The notes: generated by a model from the sequence alone, not told the origin. 63,011 nucleotides of DNA from an uncultured Planctomycetaceae bacterium (GCA_913052575.1 CAJXFK010000004.1:1-63011), one strand, 5' to 3'. Shown: positions 9,553 through 19,741, counted from the first letter of the stretch. A program made the numbers and translations.

Positions 9553-10119
9553 ATGCGTCATCGTCGCAAGGGCAGGGTGCTCGGTAGAAGTCCCTCCCAT
9601 CAGCGAGCTATGCTCCGTAATCTTGCATCGTCTCTTGTTCTTACGGAACGGGAATTCGAACCAGGTGAAGTTGGTGCTCCAAAGGTTGCCGGACGTGTTG
9701 TGACGACTGTGGCGAAGGCAAAAGAGGTTCGCCCATTAGTCGAAAAATGTATTACGATTGCAAAGCGGGGATTGCTAGCAGAAAAAGCTGCTGATGAATT
9801 TTCAGCAACTGCAGATCGAGATACCGCTGAGTGGAAGAAGTGGCGTCAGGGTGAACAGTGGCAGAAATGGGCTCAAGCTATGGCTCCTGCGGTAACCTCC
9901 CGACGTCGGGTGCTGCAACTTCTCGGTGATAAGCAGGCAACGCGAATTCTCTTCAGCACAATCGCACCGCGCTTTACTGATCGTCCCGGCGGATACACTC
10001 GTATTTTAAAGCTGGCAATGCCTCGCCTTGGTGATGCGGGTCCTCGGGCAATTCTTGAGTTTGTGAATGAGCCTGTCTCAACTGCGTCAGTGGCTCCTCA
10101 ACTCGAATCAGTAAGTTGA
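9553..10119 (+). CDS. rplQ: 50S ribosomal protein L17 with internal insertions
   Basis: MRHR..GRVLGR, TTVAKAKE, RPGGYTRILK, RLGDA. Confidence 0.97.
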   Translation: MRHRRKGRVLGRSPSHQRAMLRNLASSLVLTEREFEPGEVGAPKVAGRVVTTVAKAKEVRPLVEKCITIAKRGLLAEKAADEFSATADRDTAEWKKWRQGEQWQKWAQAMAPAVTSRRRVLQLLGDKQATRILFSTIAPRFTDRPGGYTRILKLAMPRLGDAGPRAILEFVNEPVSTASVAPQLESVS

Positions 10120-10174
10120 CATCTGTTTTTTAAGAACAAGACAAGGTTATTTTCAAAGTCTGCAATGCAATGAT

Positions 10175-11980
10175 TTGCTTGTGTATTTGACTCTTGTGTG
10201 CTGGCTGGAAAACATTCACTCGTTCTGTTCCTTGATTTCCGGGATGACTGCGAGGCCTTCAATGCAGATGATCGCGTGGAAATGCCTGCAGAACTATGGC
10301 AGGTACATCCGGCAATTCCAGTTGGGGAAACTGTGTGGAACTTCCCTTGTAATGTTGCTCCTTTGTCAGGATGCGATGCTCCGCGGAGAAGAGGTGTCAG
10401 CAGTTCCTCAAATCGCCTTCATTAATACTCAGGTCGAATCGATTTGGGCTGACGCGGGTGTGGAACCAGTTGAGCAAGCTACTGAACTTGAATGGTGCCG
10501 CCGAGTCTACTTGGACCTCATTGGGAGAATTCCAACGGTTGATGAGGTGTTGCGTTACAAAAATGATCATAGTCGTGACAAGCAGGCAGTGCTTGTTGAT
10601 CGTCTCCTTGGTGACGAATATGTCCGCGAATATGCAAAACATTGGTCAAACGTATGGACGACAGTACTTATTGGCCGTGATGCTGATAATAGGATGGTTG
10701 ATCGATCCGGGATGAGGAAGTATTTGCAGACTGCATGGGAATCAAACATTCCGTACGATCAATTTGTTGAGGAGTTGCTCACTGCTACTGGAGATAATGC
10801 TGAAAGGGATGAACCAACAGTATTTAATGGTGCTACAAATTTTCTTAGTGGAAAGCTTGGCGATGGAGCGTTGCAGGCTACGGCTAAGACAGCACAGATT
10901 TTCCTGGGGCTCCAGGTGCAATGCACGCAGTGCCATAATCATCCATTTAATAGTGGTGTGAAGCAGAATCAGTTTTGGGAACTGAATGCTTTTTTTAGAC
11001 AAACTCGAGCTTTGCGAAGATTTGATGGAGGGCGTCGCGTTGCATGGATTGAACTTGTTGATGAAGACTTTGCTGGACAAGGCGGTGATCCAAATGAAGC
11101 AGAAATTTTTTATGAATTGAGAAATGGTTTAGTCAAAGTTGCTTATCCTGTTTACGTCGATGGGACTGAGATTTCGAGAAGTGGGCTTTTGCCGGATGCG
11201 TTTAGTGATGGAACTTCTTATGGTGTCAACCGCCGAAGAGAATTGGCCTCTTTAATTCGTTCTGATCCACTGTTTCCCAAAGCCCTTGTGAACCGCATCT
11301 GGGCATATTTTCTTGGGTATGGATTTACCAGACCAATCGATGATTTCGGTGGTCATAATCCACCATCGCACCCTGCTTTACTTGAGGGACTTGCCCAACG
11401 TTTTACTGAATACAGTTATGACTTGAAGTCACTGATGCGTTGGATTGTGTTATCAAAGTCATACAGCCTTTCCAGTCGCATGGCGCCTGGAAATGAGAAA
11501 GATGTGCCTGGTTCTGGTGAGCCACCATACTTCAGCCGGTTTTATGTCAGGCAAATAGAGCCGGAACAACTGTATGATTCCTTGATGGTGGCCACTAAAG
11601 CAAACGGTGTCGAGAATTCAGACCGCCAAGATCGCTGGCTGTCGCAGTTTGTAATTGCATTCGGTACAGATGAGGGGGACTCCAGTACGACATTTAACGG
11701 AACAATTCCTCAAATACTCATGTTATTTAATGGTGACCTCGTGCAGTCGGCTACGTCACTTGGTAAAGATGGATTTCTCGACCAAGTGATGGTGGCAAAT
11801 AGAAAAAATCAAGACAGGATTAACGCTCTTTACGTAGCAGCACTTTCGAGGTGGCCATCGCCAATTGAATTACGATATGCGAATCAGCTATTACTTGCTC
11901 GGCAGGGGCAGGTGAAAGAGGCATTGCAGGATGTATGGTGGGCATTACTCAATTCCAATGAATTTATTTTGAATCACTAA
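10175..11980 (+). CDS. Planctomycete DUF1549/DUF1553 domain exported protein (true start probably further downstream)
   Basis: RRVYLDLIGRIPT, FLGLQVQCTQCHNHPF, VNRIWAYFLGYG, PSHPALL..LA, WALLNSNEF family motifs. Confidence 0.9.
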   Translation: MLVYLTLVCWLENIHSFCSLISGMTARPSMQMIAWKCLQNYGRYIRQFQLGKLCGTSLVMLLLCQDAMLRGEEVSAVPQIAFINTQVESIWADAGVEPVEQATELEWCRRVYLDLIGRIPTVDEVLRYKNDHSRDKQAVLVDRLLGDEYVREYAKHWSNVWTTVLIGRDADNRMVDRSGMRKYLQTAWESNIPYDQFVEELLTATGDNAERDEPTVFNGATNFLSGKLGDGALQATAKTAQIFLGLQVQCTQCHNHPFNSGVKQNQFWELNAFFRQTRALRRFDGGRRVAWIELVDEDFAGQGGDPNEAEIFYELRNGLVKVAYPVYVDGTEISRSGLLPDAFSDGTSYGVNRRRELASLIRSDPLFPKALVNRIWAYFLGYGFTRPIDDFGGHNPPSHPALLEGLAQRFTEYSYDLKSLMRWIVLSKSYSLSSRMAPGNEKDVPGSGEPPYFSRFYVRQIEPEQLYDSLMVATKANGVENSDRQDRWLSQFVIAFGTDEGDSSTTFNGTIPQILMLFNGDLVQSATSLGKDGFLDQVMVANRKNQDRINALYVAALSRWPSPIELRYANQLLLARQGQVKEALQDVWWALLNSNEFILNH

Positions 11981-11996
11981 CAGGTGTAGGTGTTGT

Positions 11997-13283
11997 ATGA
12001 ATGAGAAAAAGTGTCACGGTCTGGCGTGCAGCGAGACTAGTCGCAGGCATTTCCTGTCGCATCTTAGTGGGCTGGCGGCTCTTTCAGCTCCCTTTACATC
12101 ATTTGCAAACTCGTTGGTTGCTAACGCCGAGGACCTTAAGAAACGTCAGAAGTCCGCCATACTTCTCTGGATGGGTGGAGGTCCAAGTACGATGGACATC
12201 TGGGACCTCAAGCCAGGTCAGGCAACAGGCGGACCGTTTAAGCAAATCTCAACATCGGTCGACGGCATTGCAATCAGCGAACATATGCCAATGACAGCTC
12301 GACAAATGCATCATCTCTCAATTGTTCGTTCAATGAGTACGCGAGAGGCTGATCACCAAAGAGGTCGTTACTATATGCATACGGGGTTCGTGCCAAATCC
12401 AAATGTAGAACATCCTAGCTATGGGTCCGTGATTGCCCACGAACTGGCGGGCACAATCGAGTCACTTGAGATTCCGCCATTCGTATCAGTCGGTGGTGGC
12501 AGTGTATCGCCAGGGTTTTTGGGTACGGCTTGGGCGCCTTTTGTTGTGAGTTCTCAAGGGAATGTTAAAAACCTCGAGTCACCAGTATCTCGGGAGCGAC
12601 TTGTAAGTCGGCTTCAGATGCTTGGTGCAATTGAGAATCGATTTATCGGTGAGAAGAGAGGCCAGTTGCCAAAAGATCATCGTGAAATTATTGGTAAGTC
12701 AGTTCAGTTAATGACTAGCAGCCAGCTGGCGGCGTTCAATGTCGCAGAGGAACCGACAACAGTACGCGAGAGATATGGAGAGACTAATTTTGGGCGGGGC
12801 TGTTTGATGGCTCGACGATTGGTAGAAGTTGGAGTGCCTTTTGTTGAAGTCAATCTTGGTGGTTGGGATAACCACAATAATATTTTTTCAACACTTGCTG
12901 ATCAAAAATTACCAGATCTTGATAGAGCCATGAGTGCACTGATTGCAGATCTTGCGGATCGAGGCACTTTGGATAATACCGCTGTAATATGGATGGGCGA
13001 ATTTGGAAGAACGCCGACAATCAATGGGAACGGTGGTCGTGATCACTGGGCTCGAAGCTGGAGTGCCGTTGTCGGTGGGGCAGGTTTCAGTCGCGGCACT
13101 GTCGTTGGTGAAACAAGTGTGGATGGTCGGGAGGTTATCAGTGAGCCGTATTCGTCACAGGACTTAATGGCAAGTGTTCTAAAATCACTTGATATTTCTC
13201 TAGACACGACATTTCGTGCCAAAAACGGAAGGCCGATGAAGATTGCAAATGGGGGCCAGATTATCCCCGGTCTTTGCAGTTAA
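11997..13283 (+). CDS. DUF1501 domain protein with Tat signal
   Basis: SRRHFL twin-arginine motif, LWMGGGPSTMDIWDLKP, GGWDNH, GEFGRTP, GRDHW. Confidence 0.92.
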   Translation: MNEKKCHGLACSETSRRHFLSHLSGLAALSAPFTSFANSLVANAEDLKKRQKSAILLWMGGGPSTMDIWDLKPGQATGGPFKQISTSVDGIAISEHMPMTARQMHHLSIVRSMSTREADHQRGRYYMHTGFVPNPNVEHPSYGSVIAHELAGTIESLEIPPFVSVGGGSVSPGFLGTAWAPFVVSSQGNVKNLESPVSRERLVSRLQMLGAIENRFIGEKRGQLPKDHREIIGKSVQLMTSSQLAAFNVAEEPTTVRERYGETNFGRGCLMARRLVEVGVPFVEVNLGGWDNHNNIFSTLADQKLPDLDRAMSALIADLADRGTLDNTAVIWMGEFGRTPTINGNGGRDHWARSWSAVVGGAGFSRGTVVGETSVDGREVISEPYSSQDLMASVLKSLDISLDTTFRAKNGRPMKIANGGQIIPGLCS

Positions 13284-13383
13284 AGCTGCAAAACTTCGTG
13301 AAATTGGCTTTCTTGGTGGCTCCATGTTCTCGGCAGGCTAGACTTGTCGCGCCGGACTTTTTTTGGAACTCAGTGAGGACGCT

Positions 13384-15315
13384 ATGACGGTTGGTCTTGA
13401 TCGTGAGAATTGGTCTGCTGCCGACTCTGCCGATCTCTACGAGGTCGCTCGCTGGGGTAATGGGTATTTCTCGATCGCAGATGATGGAAACCTGCTCGTA
13501 CATCCAGATAAAAATCCCAAACGGCATGTCGACCTCAAAAAGTTAATTGATCGACTCCAAGTAAGAGGCATAGATCTGCCTGTTCTTTTGCGCTTCGGAG
13601 AAATTCTCCAGCATAGGCTGCAGGAAATAAATAATGCTTTTTTTACTTCGATGAAAGAAAGTGGATACCGAGGTGACTACTGTTGTATTTATCCAATAAA
13701 AGTAAATCAACAACGTCAGGTTGTGGAAGAAGTCTTACGATTCGGGAGACCATATCAATTCGGGCTTGAGGCAGGCAGTAAGCCCGAGCTATTGGCAGTT
13801 ATTGCCTTAGCCGATAACGACACGCCAATTATTTGCAATGGCTTCAAAGACGCTGACTTCATAGAAATGGTTATGCTTGCCCAAAAAATTGGGCGAAATA
13901 TTATCCCTGTCGTAGAGAGATATTCTGAGCTTGCTCAACTTGTTGACTGCGCTAGCAGGATTGGCGTGCGACCAAAGATTGGTATGCGAATGAAATTAGC
14001 GGCGAAAGGAAGTGGTCGATGGCACGCGTCGGCGGGATTTTGCAGTAAATTTGGGCTCAGTGTTTCCGAGTTGATGAAAGGAGTTGATTTTCTAGCCGAG
14101 CGAAATATGAGTGACTGTTTTCAGCTGTTGCATTTTCATCAAGGTAGTCAGATTACAAATATCCGACATATTAAGGCAGCGTTAAATGAATCAGCTCGCG
14201 TATATGTTGAGCTTGTTAAACGTGGTGCCGGATTGAAGTTTCTAGACGTGGGCGGTGGTTTAGGTGTCGACTATGATGGTTCTCAAACAAATTTTGAATC
14301 GAGCGTGAACTATACACTTCAGGAATATGCAAATGATGTTGTTTGCCATGTGCAAAATGTTTGTGATGATGCAGGTGTCGAGCACCCCACGATCATGACA
14401 GAAAGTGGGCGGGCCGTAGTGGCCTATCACAGTATGCTTGTGTTCAGTGTTCTGGGTGTTTCTGAACAAACGAATAAGGGAAGTATTGGTGATCCACCGC
14501 CGAACGCAGAGCAGCCCGTTCAAGATTTGTTTGAGACTTTCCGAGAGCTTAATGCGAGGAACTTGCTTGAGTCGTACCATGATGCACAGCAGGCTCTCGA
14601 CACTGCCTTGAATTTATTTGCGACTGGTTACTTGCCAATCGATCAACGAGCGCTTGTGGAGCAGGTATATTTTTCAATTTGTCAGAAGATTAATAGTCTG
14701 GCCAAACAACTCGATTATATTCCAGAAGAGCTTGAGGCAATTTCATCAAGTCTCTGTGACACCTACTTCTGTAATTTTTCTTTGTTTCAGTCGATTCCGG
14801 ATTCCTGGGCAATAAAGCAACTTTTTCCCCTCATGCCCATACATCGTTTGAATGAACGTCCCGATTGCTCGGCTGTACTCGGAGATGTGACTTGTGATTC
14901 AGATGGGAAAATTGAACAGTTCATTGATCGCCGTGATGTGAAGCGATCTCTCCCGTTGCACTCGCTAGGGAACGAGCGATACTATCTCGGTGCTTTTCTT
15001 GTCGGTGCGTATCAGGAGATTCTTGGTGATCTGCATAATCTGTTTGGGGACACTCACGCCATTCATATAAGTTCGGATGAGCATGGTCGGGTGGCTGTGG
15101 ATACAGTGGTTAAGGGAGATACCGTAAGTGAAGTTCTTCAGTATGTAGAGTTTGATCCCGCGGAACTTGCAAAAAACCTTCGGGGCGCAATTGAAGAGGC
15201 TGTTCGCGACGGCCTGATAAGTGACGGACAAGCAGGCCGGTTCATTCGTTTTTATGAAGATGGCCTAGGTGGCTATACCTATCTCGAGGAGTCGACTGTG
15301 CCAGAGAGCAGTTGA
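13384..15315 (+). CDS. speA: Biosynthetic arginine decarboxylase
   Basis: YPIKVNQ (PLP lysine), GLEAGSKPEL, SKFGL, DVGGGLGVDYDG, TCDSDG, GAYQEILG. Confidence 0.96.
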   Translation: MTVGLDRENWSAADSADLYEVARWGNGYFSIADDGNLLVHPDKNPKRHVDLKKLIDRLQVRGIDLPVLLRFGEILQHRLQEINNAFFTSMKESGYRGDYCCIYPIKVNQQRQVVEEVLRFGRPYQFGLEAGSKPELLAVIALADNDTPIICNGFKDADFIEMVMLAQKIGRNIIPVVERYSELAQLVDCASRIGVRPKIGMRMKLAAKGSGRWHASAGFCSKFGLSVSELMKGVDFLAERNMSDCFQLLHFHQGSQITNIRHIKAALNESARVYVELVKRGAGLKFLDVGGGLGVDYDGSQTNFESSVNYTLQEYANDVVCHVQNVCDDAGVEHPTIMTESGRAVVAYHSMLVFSVLGVSEQTNKGSIGDPPPNAEQPVQDLFETFRELNARNLLESYHDAQQALDTALNLFATGYLPIDQRALVEQVYFSICQKINSLAKQLDYIPEELEAISSSLCDTYFCNFSLFQSIPDSWAIKQLFPLMPIHRLNERPDCSAVLGDVTCDSDGKIEQFIDRRDVKRSLPLHSLGNERYYLGAFLVGAYQEILGDLHNLFGDTHAIHISSDEHGRVAVDTVVKGDTVSEVLQYVEFDPAELAKNLRGAIEEAVRDGLISDGQAGRFIRFYEDGLGGYTYLEESTVPESS

Positions 15316-15321
15316 GTAAAA

Positions 15322-17364
15322 GTGCAACGGATTCGTCTTGGGGCGGCTGCCCTCAATCAAATACCACTGGACTGGGATGGCAACGCAAGCCGCATCGCAT
15401 CAGCATGCGAGGAAGCTCGTTCTCGTCAGATTTCTATTCTTTGTTGTCCAGAGTTATGCATCAGTGGTTATGGTTGTGAGGATGCTTTTCAGGCATCAGG
15501 GGTTCTTGCAACGGCTTTGGAAATGCTTGTTGAGCTTGAGCAGTGCAGCCACGGGCTTGTTGTAGCTGTTGGTTTGCCCGTGTGGTGGGAGGGTGGTATT
15601 TACGACGGTGCCGCTTTGATTGCCGACGGTGACCTTCTTGGAATTGCAGCAAAACAGCACTTAGCTGGTGACGGCCTTCATTATGAACCACGTTGGTTTC
15701 GTGAATGGCCATCAGGACAGCAGGAAATAATCTCGGTGGCTGGGCGGCGAGTTCCTTTTGGGGACGTGCGATTTAATTGTGGTGGTGTCCGGATTGGTTT
15801 TGAGATATGTGAAGATGCATGGGTTGCTGATCGCCCGGGAGCACGTCTTGCTACTCGTGGAGTTGACGTCATTTTGAATCCTTCAGCGAGTCATTTTGCG
15901 TTTTCTAAGGACGAAATTCGTAGGCGTCTTGTTCTTGAGGGTGCTCGCGCCTTTGCTTCTGCGTACGTGTTAGCCAATCTAGTTGGAAATGAGTCGGGAC
16001 GAATTGTCTACGACGGAAGCACGCTCATTGCTGACCCTGCGGGGATTGTATCAAGCGGCAAGCGATTCTCATTTGCTGATATTTCCATTGTTGATGGTGA
16101 TGTTGATATCGATGATATCCGCTTAATGCAGTCGAGGATAAGTTCCTGCGGGAGCCTGTCTGATCATGGTGACGCCATATCTCATGATTTTTATTTTCAG
16201 CCTCTTTCGCCGTGCAAAAAATTACATGGCGAAGACAGTCGCGAAAAATGGGAGCGTTGCGAAGGAGCGGGTTCTCGCAAGAAAGAAGAGTTCACCCGGG
16301 CAGTAGCACTTGGTTTGATGGATAGTTTAAGGAAAAGTAAAAGTGATGGTTTTGTGGTAAGTGCGAGTGGTGGTGCGGATTCTTCAGCAGTGATCTGCTT
16401 GATTGCCATTGGGATTGCCTTGGTTGTTCTGGAACACCAGTCTGATGCGGCGGAGAGGCTTGGTCATACAGTTTTACCTTACAGTCCGCTAGGGTCGTCA
16501 GGTGGTCCCTACGAAGATGATTTCGTTCAGAGGTTAGTCGCTGAGGTGCTTACGTGTGTTTATCAGTCAACTGTGAACTCTAGTAAGTTAACGAAAGAAG
16601 CTGCGAGAACAGTTGCCTCTTCCGTTGGAGCAAGATTTCATGAGTTTGATGTCGAGCCGATAGTGCAAAAGTATGAACAGCTCGCTGATTCAGTTCTTGG
16701 AAGAAAGCTTAGTTGGGAGCGAGATGACATTGCTCGACAAAATATTCAGGCCCGGGTTCGAGCTCCTGGAGTTTGGCTTTTGGCGAATCTTTATAATGCG
16801 ATGTTGGTTGCAACAAGTAATCGATCAGAAGTGGCGGTTGGTTATGCGACTATGGACGGAGACACTGCTGGTGGAATAGCACCAATTGCAGGAATTGATA
16901 AAGCGTTTCTTCGAGACTGGCTTGTTTGGATTGAACGGGAGGGTCCTCAGGGAATTGGTCCACTGTCGGCCATGAAAGTGATCAATGTTCAGCAGCCTAC
17001 GGCAGAACTAAGACCTGCTGCAGACGGGCAGACGGATGAGACGGATCTGATGCCCTATGACGTGTTGGACCGGATTGAGAGATTCGCAATTCGTGATAAA
17101 CAGATGCCATTTGTTATTTGGGAGCAGTTGGTGTGTGAATTTCCACAGCATGATGCCGCGAAATTAGGTTATTGGACAGAACGTTTTTTTCTATTGTGGT
17201 CGAGGAATCAATGGAAGCGTGAGCGGTTGGCGCCCTCATTTCACTTAGATGACGAGAGTCTTGATCCAAAAACATGGTGCCGGTTCCCAATTCTCTCGGG
17301 TTGTTTTTCTCGTGAATTAGAAGACTTGAGAGTAAACGCATCTTCCCGTGGTGTACGCTGGTGA
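15322..17364 (+). CDS. nadE: Glutamine-dependent NAD+ synthetase
   Basis: N-terminal nitrilase domain (PELC, K, EICED) fused to a synthetase domain (SGGADSS, QNIQARVR, GYATMDGD, PTAEL). Confidence 0.95.
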   Translation: MQRIRLGAAALNQIPLDWDGNASRIASACEEARSRQISILCCPELCISGYGCEDAFQASGVLATALEMLVELEQCSHGLVVAVGLPVWWEGGIYDGAALIADGDLLGIAAKQHLAGDGLHYEPRWFREWPSGQQEIISVAGRRVPFGDVRFNCGGVRIGFEICEDAWVADRPGARLATRGVDVILNPSASHFAFSKDEIRRRLVLEGARAFASAYVLANLVGNESGRIVYDGSTLIADPAGIVSSGKRFSFADISIVDGDVDIDDIRLMQSRISSCGSLSDHGDAISHDFYFQPLSPCKKLHGEDSREKWERCEGAGSRKKEEFTRAVALGLMDSLRKSKSDGFVVSASGGADSSAVICLIAIGIALVVLEHQSDAAERLGHTVLPYSPLGSSGGPYEDDFVQRLVAEVLTCVYQSTVNSSKLTKEAARTVASSVGARFHEFDVEPIVQKYEQLADSVLGRKLSWERDDIARQNIQARVRAPGVWLLANLYNAMLVATSNRSEVAVGYATMDGDTAGGIAPIAGIDKAFLRDWLVWIEREGPQGIGPLSAMKVINVQQPTAELRPAADGQTDETDLMPYDVLDRIERFAIRDKQMPFVIWEQLVCEFPQHDAAKLGYWTERFFLLWSRNQWKRERLAPSFHLDDESLDPKTWCRFPILSGCFSRELEDLRVNASSRGVRW

Positions 17365-17456
17365 ATTCTTCACAAACGTTGTTGTTTTGGCTTAAAAAGG
17401 CCTCGCGATGCCCTTGGCAGATTGCTAAAGTCGGGGAATTAAGTGAGGAGTTTGAT

Positions 17457-18356
17457 GTGCTTTTAGATTCCAACGGTCATTCCGAGAGACGAGTTACATT
17501 TTCATGCAGGTTGTTGTCTGGCGTTTTGTACCGCTGGATGTTGATGCTTATTTTTCTTGGCCTTGGTTGCCCGGAAAGTTTCTCTCAGCAAGGTTCTGCA
17601 CAGCCTATAAATTCGAACCAAGCCCCCGCGCTAAGCCCTGAGCAACAAGCGGCACTCGAGCAATTGTTGATTGCGTGGGAAGCTCGCAATGCAAAGGTCA
17701 CAACTTGGTCATGTTCTTTTTATAAATGGCAGTATAACGCTTGGAGCCCGGCGGATGCTTCAGGTGAGCGATTAGCCTTTTCTGAAAGTACAGGAGAAAT
17801 CAAATACGCTGCGCCGGACAAAGGGCTCTTTCATGTGAAGTCATCCAAGCAATGGAATCCTGAAAAAAGAATATACGACGCTAGGCCTGCAAATTCTGGT
17901 GAGCATTGGGTCTGTAACGGTACAAGCATTTATGAGTTCCGGCATAGTGAGCGTCAACTTCGTGAAACAAAATTACCACCCGAGATGAGAGGTCGAGCGA
18001 TTAGCGAAGGTCCGCTTCCGTTTGTCTTCGGAGCAAAAGCCGACACTCTCAAAAAACGATATTCAATGCGGATTATCACGCCCGCAGCAGTGACCGATCA
18101 AATATGGCTTGAAGCATCCCCAAAATTCCAAGTAGATGCTGCAAATTTCTCAAAGGTCGAACTCATTCTTCGGGCCAAAGATCTGATGCCCTTTGCAATT
18201 CAGATATTTAAGCCAGGAGGCCAAGATCGAGATGTGTATCAGTTTGACCCTCGAACAAGCCTGATAGATCGAGGCCTCGATCTTATCCGCGATTTTTCAA
18301 GGCCGCTGACCCCGTTGGGATACACGTTTATTGAAGAGCAGGCGTCTGGGAACTGA
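17457..18356 (+). CDS. Exported TIGR03009-type planctomycete protein (LolA-like fold suspected)
   Basis: L..WE, GEIKYAAPDKGLF, EHWVCNG, GPLPFVFG.KA motifs; GTG start 6 nt after GAGGAG; hydrophobic signal segment. Confidence 0.75.
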   Translation: MLLDSNGHSERRVTFSCRLLSGVLYRWMLMLIFLGLGCPESFSQQGSAQPINSNQAPALSPEQQAALEQLLIAWEARNAKVTTWSCSFYKWQYNAWSPADASGERLAFSESTGEIKYAAPDKGLFHVKSSKQWNPEKRIYDARPANSGEHWVCNGTSIYEFRHSERQLRETKLPPEMRGRAISEGPLPFVFGAKADTLKKRYSMRIITPAAVTDQIWLEASPKFQVDAANFSKVELILRAKDLMPFAIQIFKPGGQDRDVYQFDPRTSLIDRGLDLIRDFSRPLTPLGYTFIEEQASGN

Positions 18357-18433
18357 TTTATTGAGATCAGCCGCTACGATATCCTCAGATGTATGTGGTA
18401 TGTTTATTAATCATATCACTCTGAGAGAAACGC

Positions 18434-18871
18434 ATGCCTCTTATTGACCCTAATCACCCGCTGGCAGACTTACTCCAACGTGACCAAAGATATTCGTTGG
18501 ACGCGTATCTGTTCATCCTTGAAGCCTTGTCTTTTGCTCAAGAATCTCTCGGTATGGGTGAACAGGAAAAATCCAATGACGCGAAGCCAAGTCGAGGAAA
18601 AAAGAAAAGTGAGAAGCATGTGAGTGGTCAGGATTTGTGTGAGGCATCCCGACAATATGCTCAGCAACAGTATGGATACCTGGCTACCAAAGTGTTGGCG
18701 TCATGGGGCATTTGTGGAACGGCAGATTTCGGTGAAATCGTCTTCAACATGATAGATATCGGGCAAATGAGAAAGACGAGTGATGATAGTCGTGATGATT
18801 TTCATGACGTGTACAATTTCGAAGATGCATTCGTGAGAGATATTGTCTTTGCTTTGCCAGAATCACCTTGA
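18434..18871 (+). CDS. Minf_1886-family (Verrucomicrobia/Planctomycetes-restricted) protein
   Basis: D.RYSLDAYLFILEAL, HVSGQDLC, QYGYLA..VL..WGI..T.DFGEIVFNMI. Confidence 0.85.
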   Translation: MPLIDPNHPLADLLQRDQRYSLDAYLFILEALSFAQESLGMGEQEKSNDAKPSRGKKKSEKHVSGQDLCEASRQYAQQQYGYLATKVLASWGICGTADFGEIVFNMIDIGQMRKTSDDSRDDFHDVYNFEDAFVRDIVFALPESP

Positions 18872-18887
18872 TCAAGGAGCGAAGAAA

Positions 18888-18989
18888 TTGATGCTACAGT
18901 GGAAGCGTGAATATGTCTTCTTAATAATTATGGTGATTGCTGAGGCTGTCTGGTTGCTTGCAATGTCTGCACTGGTTTTTCTTCAGTAA
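18888..18989 (+). CDS. Unannotated small single-pass membrane protein (32-33 aa)
   Basis: AAGGAG at 18874-18879, TTG/ATG at 18888/18891, MLQWKREYVFLIIMVIAEAVWLLAMSALVFLQ-stop; below the ORF-track length cutoff. Confidence 0.6.
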   Translation: MMLQWKREYVFLIIMVIAEAVWLLAMSALVFLQ

Positions 18990-19047
18990 GGTAGAGCCAC
19001 TTCCGTAACATTGAGTCAGCATTTCCTGCGTCGAGTGAGGACGAGTC

Positions 19048-19662
19048 ATGAGTTTCTGGCTTGACAGCCTTCCATTTTGGATAGCGTTAGTCCCCCTTGG
19101 GGTTTACTGCTGTGTCATGGGCGGGCTTCAACTTCGTCATCGGCCGCTTGTGATATCTGCGGCATGGGATAGTGCATTACTTGGCTTGGCACTTTCGGGG
19201 CTTGTGGCGGTAGGTCCACTCGCTGCAATTCAGCCGCTGTTAGGCGGTTCACCCTGGGGCGAGATCATTTTACTCCTTCTGTACGCTTTAGTCGTTGCGG
19301 TATGCATTCTTTTCGCAAGGCCTCGGCTGCTTATCTACAACGCCACCGTTGAGCAAATTCGACCTTTGGTGGCACAGAATGCGGCCGCAGTTGATCCGGT
19401 AGTGCGATGGGCAGGTGAAAGTGTGGCCTTACCGACTCTTGGTCTTCAGGCACACGTGGAGGGAAATGGCTCTCTGCGTACCGTGAGTATCGTCGTCCTT
19501 CAGTCATGTGAAGCTAGTGAAGCGTGGATCGATTTGAGCCGACGTTTGAGGAGAATGTGCCGTCGTCTACGTGTGCAACCGAGCCCAGTCGGGGTGGTAA
19601 TGTTGATTGTTGGTTGTGGTCTTCTCTTGAGTGCCTTTGTTCTGGCATGCGGCATTATGTAG
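19048..19662 (+). CDS. Hypothetical multi-pass membrane protein
   Basis: GAGGA RBS; three N-terminal and one C-terminal hydrophobic helices. Confidence 0.75.
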   Translation: MSFWLDSLPFWIALVPLGVYCCVMGGLQLRHRPLVISAAWDSALLGLALSGLVAVGPLAAIQPLLGGSPWGEIILLLLYALVVAVCILFARPRLLIYNATVEQIRPLVAQNAAAVDPVVRWAGESVALPTLGLQAHVEGNGSLRTVSIVVLQSCEASEAWIDLSRRLRRMCRRLRVQPSPVGVVMLIVGCGLLLSAFVLACGIM

Positions 19663-19741
19663 CTAGGTATATCTACTGGTTTGATCTTGGAGAGAAACCA
19701 GCTTGTTGATTTCCCGAAACGAATCGTTGCTGGAGTGAAAT

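Noticed and set aside
15322-16140. Nitrilase-domain gene after speA as N-carbamoylputrescine amidase (aguB)
   Set aside because: The domain is fused to a complete NAD synthetase domain, so it is glutamine-dependent NadE
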